Assembly: GCA_029262065.1 (NCBI GenBank)
Contig: JAJDAC010000023.1
Location: 3,828 to 67,827 of the forward strand
From: Candidatus Krumholzibacteriota bacterium
Lineage (GTDB): Bacteria; Krumholzibacteriota; Krumholzibacteriia; JAJRXK01
Reading direction: 5' to 3'
DNA: 64,000 nt
The notes beneath the pieces were generated by a model. The model had not been told where the DNA came from, made no database searches, and saw only the letters and a program-made list of their open reading frames with translations. The translations under genes were made by a program, and so were the position numbers. This document shows, in pieces, positions 55,936 through 64,000 of this stretch; within the stretch, counting starts at the first letter, position 1; each line of letters starts with the position of its first letter.

Positions 55936-58186
55936 ACTCCACCCCCAGGCTGGGAATCAAGGGCAGCTGCTTGACCACGTCGGGCAGCTGGCCCGGATCG
56001 TTGATGTTGTACTGCACGAACCAATCGTTGCGGTTGCTGTAGGCGTTGAACAGCTGGAATTGCCATCGGGCGGGCAACCCGAACAGGGAGAATTCGCGTC
56101 GGGCGCTGAAGTCCAATCGGTGGTAGGGGAGCAGGCGGGCGCTGTTGCGGGCCGCCGGTAGGTATTCACCGAACTCGGGTACCAGACCCGTCGCGGGGTC
56201 GCGTAGTCCGAAGATGGCCGAGGCCGGTGTGAATGCCTGACCCGTGCCGTACACGAAATTGAATCCGAAATCCCACGCCCCGCGCGACACGCTCATGACG
56301 GCCTTGAAATCGTGGCGGCGATCGTACTTGGGAGCGAACTCGTTGCCTTCGTTCACCTCGGCAAAGGTTCGACGGGTCCAACCCAACGTGTACCCCAACC
56401 AGCCGGTCACGCGTCCCTTTTTCTTCTGGATGAATACTTCGGCTCCGGTCGCGTAGCCCGTACCGCCGGTCAGAAAAATTGTCGTGGCGTCGACCTGACT
56501 CTCATCGACGGGAGCCTCGGTATCGAACAACACCAGGCTCTGCAGGTCGGTGTAGTAGCCCTCGACCGCGGCGGACCAGGTGCCGCCGGCATCCCATTCG
56601 AGTCCCAGCACCGACTGGACCGAGCGGCTGGGATCGGTGGTGTCGTCGATGGGGAGGTAGAAATCGGCCGCGGCAAAGCCCTCCGTGCTCACAAGCTGCA
56701 GGTACTGGTAGTAGAGGCCACCGGCCGCTTTCACCTGCCACTGGTCGTTGATCTTCTGCCGCAACGAAAGCCGCGGCTCGACGAGCCTGCGATTGCCGTC
56801 GTCGAGAAACCGTGCGCGTGCCCCCAGTCGAAGCGTGGTCTCGGGCCGTGGTCGCCAGAGATCTTCCGCGTATACCGAGTATTCCTTGGGCCGGCGATCA
56901 AAGTCGACGTCCACGTCGCGGTTGAAGGATTGCAGGAACTCGAACCGGTACGTCGACGCAGCAACTCCCAGTTTGAGCCGGTGATGCGGTGGTAGCGCCA
57001 CGCTCAAGCTGGCTTGGCCCGAAACGTCGTTGAGTTCGTTCTCGATCGAGATGGGGGTGGTGAGCACCTGAAAGTCGCTGTCGCTGCGGTATCGACTCCA
57101 CGATCCCACGACATTGGCGACCACGCGTTCGCCGATGACGCGGGTCCAGGCGCTGGAAGCGATCGTGTTTCCCCAGGTAAGGTTCAGGAATGTGTCGGGG
57201 TCGGGTTCCACCCTCAGCACATCGTTGCTTCGATACAGCCAGAACTCGAACTTGTTGTTGCCGCGGGGCAGGGTGTACTTCGCATTGCCATCGTAGAAAT
57301 AATAGGAGGGAATTTCCGAATTGTTGCGTCGCAAAGCGTTGAGTATGGGGTCCAGGTACGTGCGGCGTCCTCCCAACGACCAGGTTCCACCGGCCAGAGG
57401 GCCCTCGACCTGCGCGCGCGCGGCGATGGTGCTTATGCCGACGCGGCCCGAAACCTCGTTGGCCGTGTTGCCGCGGCTACGCACGTCGAGTACCGAGCCC
57501 AGCCGGCCCCCGTATTCGGCCGGGTAGGCGCCCTTGAACAGGGTGACCTGATCGACCATGGCGGGGTTGAAGGTGGAGAACAACCCGAACGCGTGCGTCG
57601 GGTTGTAGATCGGCACCTGATCCAGCAACACCAGGTTCTGGTCGGGCCCACCGCCCCGCACATACAGACCGCTGGAAATGTCGGAGGCGGCCTGCACCCC
57701 GGGCAGGAGCTGGAGCGCGCGTATGGGGTCGGCCTCGCCGATGGCGGGGATGGAAGCCAAGTCGTCCGAGGTGAGTTTCACGAAACCGGCCTGGACCTCT
57801 TCCTCCACCTGGTCGCGGTCACCGAATACCACCTGCTCTTCCATTTCGATGGCTTTTACCACCATGCGAACCACGAGCGGCTCGTCCTGCCCCGTCAGGG
57901 CAATGGGTAGGGTGAGGGAGTCGTATCCGATGTAGGAGAACTTCAACTCGTAGCGCCCCGGCGGCAGGTCGGTGACCGTGAATCCCCCGTCGGTCCGGGT
58001 CAGGACGCTCTGATCCACGTTGCCCGTATCGGTGCTGGTTATCGCCACGACACAGAAAGCCAGAGGGGCATTGTCTTCGTCGTCGACGACCACGCCGGCC
58101 AGATTGGCCGCGTGTACATTCGACGACAGTGTGACCAACAGACACGCAATCCAGCCCAGTATGGCCATGCGAACCTTCGGAAACAT
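55925..58186 (-). CDS. TonB-dependent outer-membrane receptor with an N-terminal carboxypeptidase-regulatory-like domain
   Basis: Start at ATG 58186 with a GAGGA SD, and the 126-aa upstream extension in the track was rejected. Signal peptide. The CarbopepD_reg-like segment is AGVVVDDEDNAPLAFCVVAI...TVTDLPPGRYELKFSYIGY. Plug motifs are present. The C-terminal OMP ending is ...SLGVEFEF. Confidence 0.88.
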   Translation of the reverse strand: MFPKVRMAILGWIACLLVTLSSNVHAANLAGVVVDDEDNAPLAFCVVAITSTDTGNVDQSVLTRTDGGFTVTDLPPGRYELKFSYIGYDSLTLPIALTGQDEPLVVRMVVKAIEMEEQVVFGDRDQVEEEVQAGFVKLTSDDLASIPAIGEADPIRALQLLPGVQAASDISSGLYVRGGGPDQNLVLLDQVPIYNPTHAFGLFSTFNPAMVDQVTLFKGAYPAEYGGRLGSVLDVRSRGNTANEVSGRVGISTIAARAQVEGPLAGGTWSLGGRRTYLDPILNALRRNNSEIPSYYFYDGNAKYTLPRGNNKFEFWLYRSNDVLRVEPDPDTFLNLTWGNTIASSAWTRVIGERVVANVVGSWSRYRSDSDFQVLTTPISIENELNDVSGQASLSVALPPHHRLKLGVAASTYRFEFLQSFNRDVDVDFDRRPKEYSVYAEDLWRPRPETTLRLGARARFLDDGNRRLVEPRLSLRQKINDQWQVKAAGGLYYQYLQLVSTEGFAAADFYLPIDDTTDPSRSVQSVLGLEWDAGGTWSAAVEGYYTDLQSLVLFDTEAPVDESQVDATTIFLTGGTGYATGAEVFIQKKKGRVTGWLGYTLGWTRRTFAEVNEGNEFAPKYDRRHDFKAVMSVSRGAWDFGFNFVYGTGQAFTPASAIFGLRDPATGLVPEFGEYLPAARNSARLLPYHRLDFSARREFSLFGLPARWQFQLFNAYSNRNDWFVQYNINDPGQLPDVVKQLPLIPSLGVEFEF

Positions 58187-58277
58187 CGAATCCTCGTTGC
58201 TGGCGGGGGTTTGTCGATCTACCATCGGGCCTCGCCCCGTTCCTTGCATGTGGCCTGCCAGGCAGAAGTCCGGATCC

Positions 58278-59588
58278 ATGAACCCACCCTTGAAGCCACG
58301 CCAGAAGCTTGGCAAGTACCGCATCCTACGTCGGATTGCCGACGGAGGTTTCGCGCGTGTGTACCGCGCCCACGACACCGTCGAGGGCATAGACGTAGCC
58401 CTCAAGATTCCCCATGCACATCTGATAACCGAGGGCACGCTGGTCGATTTTCGCCGCGAGGCGCGCATCACGGCGCGGCTGGAGCACCCGAACATACTTC
58501 CCCTCAAGAACGCCGATTTCATCGACGAACGCTTCGTGATTGCCTCGCCACTGGGCGAAGGCACGTTGGAAGAGCGGTTGGGGCGACGAATTACACTGAC
58601 GCGTTCGTTGGATTACGCCGATCAGATTCTCGCGGCACTAGCTTACGCGCATTCTCATCGGGTGATCCACTGCGATGTGAAGCCCGACAACTTCATGCTG
58701 TTCGAGCCCGATCGCCTTCGCCTGGGGGATTTCGGCATTTCCAAGGTCCAGTTGCAGACCATGATGAGCGCGTCGGGCTCGGGTACGTTGGGGTACGTGG
58801 CGCCCGAGCAGGCCATGGGCCGCCCAACCTACCGGTCGGACTGCTTTTCGGCGGGGCTCATCATCTACCGGATGCTCGTGGGAGAGTTGCCGAGTTGGCC
58901 GTTCAACTGGCCATTGCCCGGCAATGAGCGGCTGCGACGCAAGGTGTCGCCGGCCATGATCAGCTTTCTGAAGCGTAGCCTCATGGTCGACGAAAAAAAG
59001 CGGTTCCGTGACGCAGGCCAGATGCAGGCGGCTTTTGCCCGCATCAAGCCGCGCGAGCTGAGTCGTGCGAACTCGCAATCCTCGCCCAAGAAGAAGGTCC
59101 AGAAGGACTGGCGAGCGCTGCGGCAGCGAGCCTTCCAGCGTATCTACGGGCGCGAGCTGGGCACCAAACACGAGTGCGGCCGTTGCCGTCGCCCCGTGAG
59201 CGAGGCCATGCGTTGGTGCCCATGGTGTGCGAATACCCGGCGGGTCCACCGCGACGACAGCGCCTTTCCGAAGCAGTGCCGGCGCTGCGGCCGCGGTATG
59301 AAGTTGGATTGGGTGTATTGCGCGCATTGTTACGGTGCATCGCAGGGACCCGACTCCGATCGATCCTACACCGACAAGCGCTACACCCATCGTTGCGGCA
59401 GCTGCAAGGGCGACCTCATGCCACACATGCGCTACTGCCCGTGGTGTCGGCGCAAGGTGTTGCGTAAGTGGAAGCTGGAATCGGGGGGCAACAAATGTAC
59501 TTCGTGTGGTTGGGATGTCGCGGGGGAGTTCTGGCGCCACTGTCCGTGGTGCGGCACTGGCATGACCCATGAAAAGGCGCGTCCATGA
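58278..59588 (+). CDS. Hanks-type Ser/Thr protein kinase with four C-terminal zinc-ribbon (CxxC...CPWC) motifs
   Basis: Kinase subdomains (VALKIP; HRVIHCDVKPDNFML; DFG; GTLGYVAPE). The C-terminus carries HECGRCRR...RWCPWCAN, KQCRRCGR...VYCAHCYG, HRCGSCKG...RYCPWCRR and NKCTSCGW...RHCPWCGT. Confidence 0.85.
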   Translation: MNPPLKPRQKLGKYRILRRIADGGFARVYRAHDTVEGIDVALKIPHAHLITEGTLVDFRREARITARLEHPNILPLKNADFIDERFVIASPLGEGTLEERLGRRITLTRSLDYADQILAALAYAHSHRVIHCDVKPDNFMLFEPDRLRLGDFGISKVQLQTMMSASGSGTLGYVAPEQAMGRPTYRSDCFSAGLIIYRMLVGELPSWPFNWPLPGNERLRRKVSPAMISFLKRSLMVDEKKRFRDAGQMQAAFARIKPRELSRANSQSSPKKKVQKDWRALRQRAFQRIYGRELGTKHECGRCRRPVSEAMRWCPWCANTRRVHRDDSAFPKQCRRCGRGMKLDWVYCAHCYGASQGPDSDRSYTDKRYTHRCGSCKGDLMPHMRYCPWCRRKVLRKWKLESGGNKCTSCGWDVAGEFWRHCPWCGTGMTHEKARP

Positions 59589-60388
59589 ATCCGTCGCCTC
59601 CCAGCATCTTCGCCAACGCGAATATGGAAACGCCCGCGCGGGTTGTCTTGCCCACCGGCGCGGCCGTCGTGTTCACGACGCCATCGCCCGACCGCGAAAC
59701 CGCCAATGAAGACTCGGCCGCCGTGGCCGCGGTGGGTTCGTGCTCGGTGCTCATCGTGGCCGACGGCGTGGGCGGCCACGCGGCGGGCGATCGGGCCTCG
59801 GCGCTGGCGGTAAGCAGTCTGCTGGACTGCGTGGCTGGCGCGCCGCCCGAGGGTCTACGCGCCGCCATCCTGGATGGCTTCGAAAGCGCGAACCGGGCCG
59901 TGCAGGCGTTGGGGGTTGGCGCCGCGACGACGCTGGCCGTGGTGGAGCTGCGCGACGGCAACATGCGTCCGTTCCACGCCGGCGATTCGGCGGTGCTGGC
60001 CGTGGGTCAACGCGGTCGCCTGAAGCACCTGACCATTTCCCATTCGCCGGTGGGTTACGGAGTCGAGGCCGGCCTCATCCAGGAGGGCGATGCCATGCAC
60101 CACGGTGAGCGACACCTGGTGAGCAACCTGGTGGGAACGCCGGAAATGCGCATCGAGGTGGGACCGCGCATCAAGCTGGCCCCCTACGATACCGTTCTTC
60201 TGGGCAGCGACGGCGTGTTCGATAATTTGACCACCGACGAGGTGGTCGAAACGGTACGCCGGGGTCGCCTGGAGCAGGCGGCCGACAGCCTGCGCGAACA
60301 GTGTGGGAAGCGTATGAGGAACCCCGTCAAGGGCGCCCCCAGCAAACCAGACGATCTGACGTTCGTGTTGCACCGGGCGAGGGGCTAG
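59585..60388 (+). CDS. PP2C-family (PPM) Ser/Thr protein phosphatase
   Basis: Start overlaps the kinase stop (ATGA). LIVADGVGGHAAGDRAS...LLGSDGVFDNL metal-binding motifs. Confidence 0.85.
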   Translation: MNPSPPSIFANANMETPARVVLPTGAAVVFTTPSPDRETANEDSAAVAAVGSCSVLIVADGVGGHAAGDRASALAVSSLLDCVAGAPPEGLRAAILDGFESANRAVQALGVGAATTLAVVELRDGNMRPFHAGDSAVLAVGQRGRLKHLTISHSPVGYGVEAGLIQEGDAMHHGERHLVSNLVGTPEMRIEVGPRIKLAPYDTVLLGSDGVFDNLTTDEVVETVRRGRLEQAADSLREQCGKRMRNPVKGAPSKPDDLTFVLHRARG

Positions 60389-60401
60389 CGGGCGTGCCCT
60401 T

Positions 60402-60426
60402 GCAAGCCCCCTGAGAGGGGATTTGC
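60402..60426. terminator. GC-rich hairpin between the convergent phosphatase gene and tRNA-Leu (possible bidirectional terminator)
   Basis: GCAAgCCCCT-gag-AGGGGaTTTGC, with stems 4+5 bp and a 3-nt loop, and a short T stretch on the plus strand. Confidence 0.35.
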
Positions 60427-60455
60427 CGGTGGTTCGCGGTCTGGGAGGAAGGTGT

Positions 60456-60542
60456 TGGTGCCCGGGGCGAGACTCGAACTCGCACGTGATTTCTCGCACT
60501 ACGACCTGAACGTAGCGCGTCTGCCAATTCCGCCACCCGGGC
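60456..60542 (-). tRNA. tRNA-Leu (anticodon CAG), 87 nt with a long variable arm and encoded CCA
   Basis: Reverse complement reads GCCCGGGTGGCGGAATTGGCAGACGCGCTACGTTCAGGTCGTAGTGCGAGAAATCACGTGCGAGTTCGAGTCTCGCCCCGGGCACCA. The anticodon loop is TTCAGGT. It closely resembles bacterial tRNA-Leu. Confidence 0.85.
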
Positions 60543-60753
60543 TCCGGGCAGACTGAGCAGTCTAGTAAGGGCCCCACGCAGTGTCAAGATTCAGGGGCTT
60601 CCGTTGCCAGGCGGACTTCCCTTTGGTAGTTTGCATGCCCCCGGAGACGGTTGCGAAGCCGCTTCGGGAGGGTCACCAGATTGCGGCGGTTGCCGCTCGG
60701 GGATCCTCGCCCACCCGCCCGCTGTTTGCTTTCTACCCAGGAACCGTGACCCC

Positions 60754-61254
60754 ATGGCGGCCAAAAAGGCCAAGAAACCGCCCCGTGACATCAAGATCAT
60801 CGCCAAGAACCGTAAGGCGCGGTTCAACTTCCAGATTCTGGATACGTTCGAGGCGGGGATGGTCCTGGTGGGCAGCGAGGTAAAAAGCCTGCGCGCCGGC
60901 CGGTGCAACCTGGGCGACGCGTACGCCGATATCCGAAACGGGGAACTCTTTCTGCGGAACCTCCATATCAGTCCCTACGAGCAGGCGACCCGTATGAACC
61001 ACGAGCCCATGCGCACGCGTAAGTTGCTGCTGCACAAGCGCGAACTACGCAAGCTCATTGGCAAGACGGCCGAGAAGGGGCTCACGCTGGTGCCATTGAG
61101 CCTGTACTTTCTCAAGGGTCGGGTGAAGTGCGAGATGGCCCTGGCGCGCGGCAAGAAACAGCACGACAAGCGGCTCTCGAAGGCCGAGAAAGACGTGCAG
61201 CGCAAGATGCAGCAGGCCATGCGCGGCGGCATGCGACGTTCGGGAGGCGAATGA
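60754..61254 (+). CDS. smpB: SsrA-binding protein SmpB
   Basis: IIAKNRKARFNFQILDTFEAGMVLVGSEVKSLRAG...LHISPYE...RKLLLHKRE...LVPLSLYF..., the canonical SmpB. Start at the internal Met 60754. Confidence 0.92.
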   Translation: MAAKKAKKPPRDIKIIAKNRKARFNFQILDTFEAGMVLVGSEVKSLRAGRCNLGDAYADIRNGELFLRNLHISPYEQATRMNHEPMRTRKLLLHKRELRKLIGKTAEKGLTLVPLSLYFLKGRVKCEMALARGKKQHDKRLSKAEKDVQRKMQQAMRGGMRRSGGE

Positions 61255-62801
61255 TGTCCACTGGTACGATGAAACAGTTCGCGCTGGGCGCTTGTGTGCT
61301 CATGGCCGCCAACCTGTTTCTGCCCCGCGCCATCGCGCAGGACGACTCCCAGGTCGAGGCGCGCTCGGCGCGCGTGGTGCCCGGCGACGGCCGTCCCTCC
61401 TCGTCCATCACCATGAAGCGACTCGAGCCAGGTTCGCAGGAGTGGTTCCTGGCCGGCAGCGATCTCGCTGATGCGTTGCAGGTGGGTCGGTACTGGCGCG
61501 CCGACGTGCGCAAGTTGGTAATCCGCGTCGACGATCAACGTATTACGTTCACCGTGGGTGCCCGTTCCGTCGTGGGGACCGACCAGACCATTCTGCTGCG
61601 CACGCCAGTAAGGTTCCATCAGGGCGAGCCGTGGATTCCGCTGGAGTTTGTGAAAACCATTCTGCCGCAACTTACGAGTCGCGTGGTGCGCTGGAACGAC
61701 GCCGACTTCAGTCTGGTGCTGGGACAGCAGTCGTTCAACGTGTCCGGCCATCGCGTGGAGAGTGGTGAAACCACCACCGAGCTGATCATCGAAATGACGG
61801 CTCCGTTGGCCTTTCGCGTGGACGACAGTCGCGCTGGCGTGTTGGTGCTGAAAGTATATGGCGCTCGCGGCAACATGGCGGGGTTGCGTCGTACCACGCC
61901 GCGCGGACTGATCGACGCCATTACACCCAAGCAGGAGCGCGACCACCTGCTGTTGGAAATCGAGCTTTCCGAACTGGCCGCCAAGTACCAGTCGAGCTCC
62001 AGCAAAGATGGCAACCGCATCGTTTTGTCGGTAGAGCAGTCGCCGGTGGGCACCATCCCCGATCCCGTGCCGCGCGGGCCGCATCTGGTGCAAACGCTGC
62101 CGCCCGAGGCCCGGGCTCGCGAAGTGAACGTGCGCAAGGTTGTGATCGACCCCGGCCACGGTGGCGCCGACATGGGTGGCGAGGGCGTGAACGGCCTGTT
62201 CGAAAAAGACGTGACGCTGGCCATCGCGCTCGAGGTGAAGCGGATTCTGGAAGGTCGCCACGATATCCAGGTGGTGCTGACGCGCGACAGCGACGAAACG
62301 TTGGGGTTGGTGCAACGTACGGAGATTGCCAACCAGAATCAGGGCGACGTATTCATTTCCATTCATGCGAACAGTTGGTACGACCGCACGGCGCGCGGTA
62401 TCGAAACATATTTTCTGTCGCCGGCCAAAACCGAGTGGGACGCCCAGGTAGCCCGCACCGAGAACGCATCGATAGACCAGGCGGAAGATCTGGATTTCAT
62501 TCTGTGGGATCTGGTGCAGAACGTTTTCATTCAGGAGAGCGCCACGTTGGCCGAAGCGGTACAGAACGGCCTGATCAGCGATCTGGGCATGCGCAACCGC
62601 GGCGTCAAGCAGGCTGGGTTCCGCGTATTGGTGGGCGCGTTCATGCCGGCCATTCTGGTGGAAGTGGGATTCCTGTCCAATCAGGCCGACGCCAACAAGC
62701 TGGCCGATGGCGCCTACCACCGCCAAATGGCTCAGGCCATGGCCGATGCCATTTTGGATTTCCGTGCGCGTATGGACGCGGTACGGCAGGGGACGCGGTA
62801 G
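61251..62801 (+). CDS. N-acetylmuramoyl-L-alanine amidase (AmiC-like, AMIN domains plus Amidase_3)
   Basis: ATG overlapping the smpB stop. Signal peptide. N-terminal AMIN-like repeats. Catalytic VVIDPGHGGADMGG...FISIHANS...ETYFLS...EVGFLSN. Confidence 0.88.
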   Translation: MMSTGTMKQFALGACVLMAANLFLPRAIAQDDSQVEARSARVVPGDGRPSSSITMKRLEPGSQEWFLAGSDLADALQVGRYWRADVRKLVIRVDDQRITFTVGARSVVGTDQTILLRTPVRFHQGEPWIPLEFVKTILPQLTSRVVRWNDADFSLVLGQQSFNVSGHRVESGETTTELIIEMTAPLAFRVDDSRAGVLVLKVYGARGNMAGLRRTTPRGLIDAITPKQERDHLLLEIELSELAAKYQSSSSKDGNRIVLSVEQSPVGTIPDPVPRGPHLVQTLPPEARAREVNVRKVVIDPGHGGADMGGEGVNGLFEKDVTLAIALEVKRILEGRHDIQVVLTRDSDETLGLVQRTEIANQNQGDVFISIHANSWYDRTARGIETYFLSPAKTEWDAQVARTENASIDQAEDLDFILWDLVQNVFIQESATLAEAVQNGLISDLGMRNRGVKQAGFRVLVGAFMPAILVEVGFLSNQADANKLADGAYHRQMAQAMADAILDFRARMDAVRQGTR

Positions 62802-63353
62802 ATGACGGGCCGCGCATTCGCGATCGCCGCGGCGGTCGTGGTGCTGGGCGCGCTCGGGGTGTGGTTGTTCCTGCCTCGGGAAAACGCGGTGGTCGACCCC
62901 ACCGTTGAAATTTCCGACGACGATGGCCTGGGCACGCGCGCCATTACCCTGTACTTCGGCAACGCGCAGGGCGACGGGTTGGTGCCCGAGTCGCGAACCA
63001 TTCAGGCGCAGCGCTACCGCGACCAGGAAGTGGAGGCCGTGTTGGCCGAGTTGGTGCGCGGTCCGGAAAGTTCTGATGGCATACGCACCATGCCCGACGG
63101 CACCCGGCTGCGCCAGGCGTTCTACGACGAAGAGCAACGGCTACTGTATCTGGATTTCAATCGGGCCCTGGTGGCCCAACCCATGGCCGGGTCCACGATG
63201 GAAGTGATGACGCTCACGGCCATTTTGCGCACCATCGCCGTCGACTTCCCCGAGGTACGCGCCGTGCAGTTTCTGGTGGAAGGCCTGGAAGTGGAAACGC
63301 TGGGCGGGCACCTGGATCTAACTCGACCTCTGCGACCAGGAGATTGGTTGTGA
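62802..63353 (+). CDS. GerMN domain-containing protein (commonly encoded next to amidases)
   Basis: Signal-anchor. GerMN-like TLYFGNAQGDGLVPESRTI...LAELVRGP. Confidence 0.65.
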   Translation: MTGRAFAIAAAVVVLGALGVWLFLPRENAVVDPTVEISDDDGLGTRAITLYFGNAQGDGLVPESRTIQAQRYRDQEVEAVLAELVRGPESSDGIRTMPDGTRLRQAFYDEEQRLLYLDFNRALVAQPMAGSTMEVMTLTAILRTIAVDFPEVRAVQFLVEGLEVETLGGHLDLTRPLRPGDWL

Positions 63354-64000
63354 CGGCTCCGATTGGTGTATTCGACAGCGGCGTGGGTGGGCTTACCGTG
63401 TTGAAGGAGCTGCGTCGCCGGCTTCCCTCGGAAAACTATCTATATCTAGGCGACACCGCGCGCGTGCCGTACGGCACCAAGGGTTCGGCCACCGTGCAGC
63501 GCTTCGCGCGCGAGGCGGCCCAGTTCATGGCCGCCCAAGGCGTGAAGCGCATGGTGGTGGCCTGCAATACCGCTACGGCCTACGCGCTGGAAACCGTGCG
63601 CGAGGTACTGGATGTTCCGGTGCACGGGGTCATCGAGCCCGGAGTACGGGCGGCGTTGAAAGTCACGTCGGGCCGGGTGGGGGTCATCTGCACACCGGCC
63701 ACCGAGGCCAGCGGCAAGTACCACGATCGTCTGTTGGAATTGCGGCCATCGCTGGAGGTTTTCACCACGGCCTGTCCCCTGTTCGTGCCGTTGGCCGAAG
63801 AAGGATGGGATACCGGCGAGATTCCTTTGGCCGTGGCCAAGCGCTACCTGGCCGAGTTGCACGAGAAGGGTGTAGACTCGCTGATTCTGGGTTGCACGCA
63901 CTACCCGGTGTTGAAGGGCGTGATCGGCGAGGCCATGGGGCCCAAGGTCATTTTGGTCGATTCAGCCGTGGAGTTGGCCGAGGCCGTGGCTGCCGATTTG
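63350..64000 (+). CDS. murI: Glutamate racemase, 3' end truncated by the window edge
   Basis: GTG start overlapping the upstream stop. PIGVFDSGVGGLTV...VVACNTA...GCTHYP motifs. The ORF runs off the window. Confidence 0.88.
   Translation, partial: MTAPIGVFDSGVGGLTVLKELRRRLPSENYLYLGDTARVPYGTKGSATVQRFAREAAQFMAAQGVKRMVVACNTATAYALETVREVLDVPVHGVIEPGVRAALKVTSGRVGVICTPATEASGKYHDRLLELRPSLEVFTTACPLFVPLAEEGWDTGEIPLAVAKRYLAELHEKGVDSLILGCTHYPVLKGVIGEAMGPKVILVDSAVELAEAVAADL

Noticed and set aside
60543-60753. Possible additional small RNA or a tmRNA next to tRNA-Leu and smpB.
   Set aside because: Only short 5-6 bp hairpins were found, with no tmRNA-like tRNA-like-domain ends or resume-codon context. It is most simply the smpB promoter or leader.
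1-64000. Checked for CRISPR arrays, transposases, integrases, phage genes, toxin-antitoxin pairs and classical defence modules (RM, Abi, CBASS, retrons).
   Set aside because: No regularly spaced identical repeats and no ORF with nuclease, helicase, recombinase or reverse-transcriptase motifs were found. The window reads as core chromosome rather than an island. The only lower-GC segment is the small gene at 24374..24895.

Overview
The window is a 64 kb, GC-rich (about 65-68%) bacterial chromosomal segment with about 46 protein-coding genes and one tRNA, densely packed on both strands. Two proteins carry T9SS C-terminal sorting domains, ProRS is the archaeal/eukaryotic type and there is a carboxypeptidase-regulatory-domain TonB receptor; together these suggest an FCB-group, Gemmatimonadota or Rhodothermaeota-like organism, although the exact taxon cannot be resolved from sequence alone. 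The content is mostly housekeeping. It includes proS, pdxST, alaS, truA, purB, purL-purQ-purS-purF, rne, smpB, an AmiC-type amidase, murI and tRNA-Leu(CAG). Secreted or outer-membrane proteins and signalling genes are scattered among these. No CRISPR arrays, transposases, integrases or recognisable defence genes were found. Many long opposite-strand ORFs in the track are GC-driven shadow ORFs and were rejected. The most unusual items are listed here and detailed in the findings. (1) A family of small secreted Cys-rich proteins occurs as a tandem paralog pair plus a distant third copy, all ending in a shared SWSx[VL][KR][AG]RF tail, and each locus sits beside a secreted protease. (2) A TIGR03960-like radical-SAM domain that has lost its Cys triad is fused to DUF2344 and translationally coupled to rne. 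(3) A transaldolase/FSA homolog has Arg at the Schiff-base Lys position. (4) There is an archaeal-type (type II) GAPDH homolog. (5) A signalling cluster comprises a PDZ-GAF-PP2C sensor phosphatase, two TPR paralogs and a cyclase, and a separate Hanks kinase with four zinc ribbons is paired with a PP2C phosphatase.
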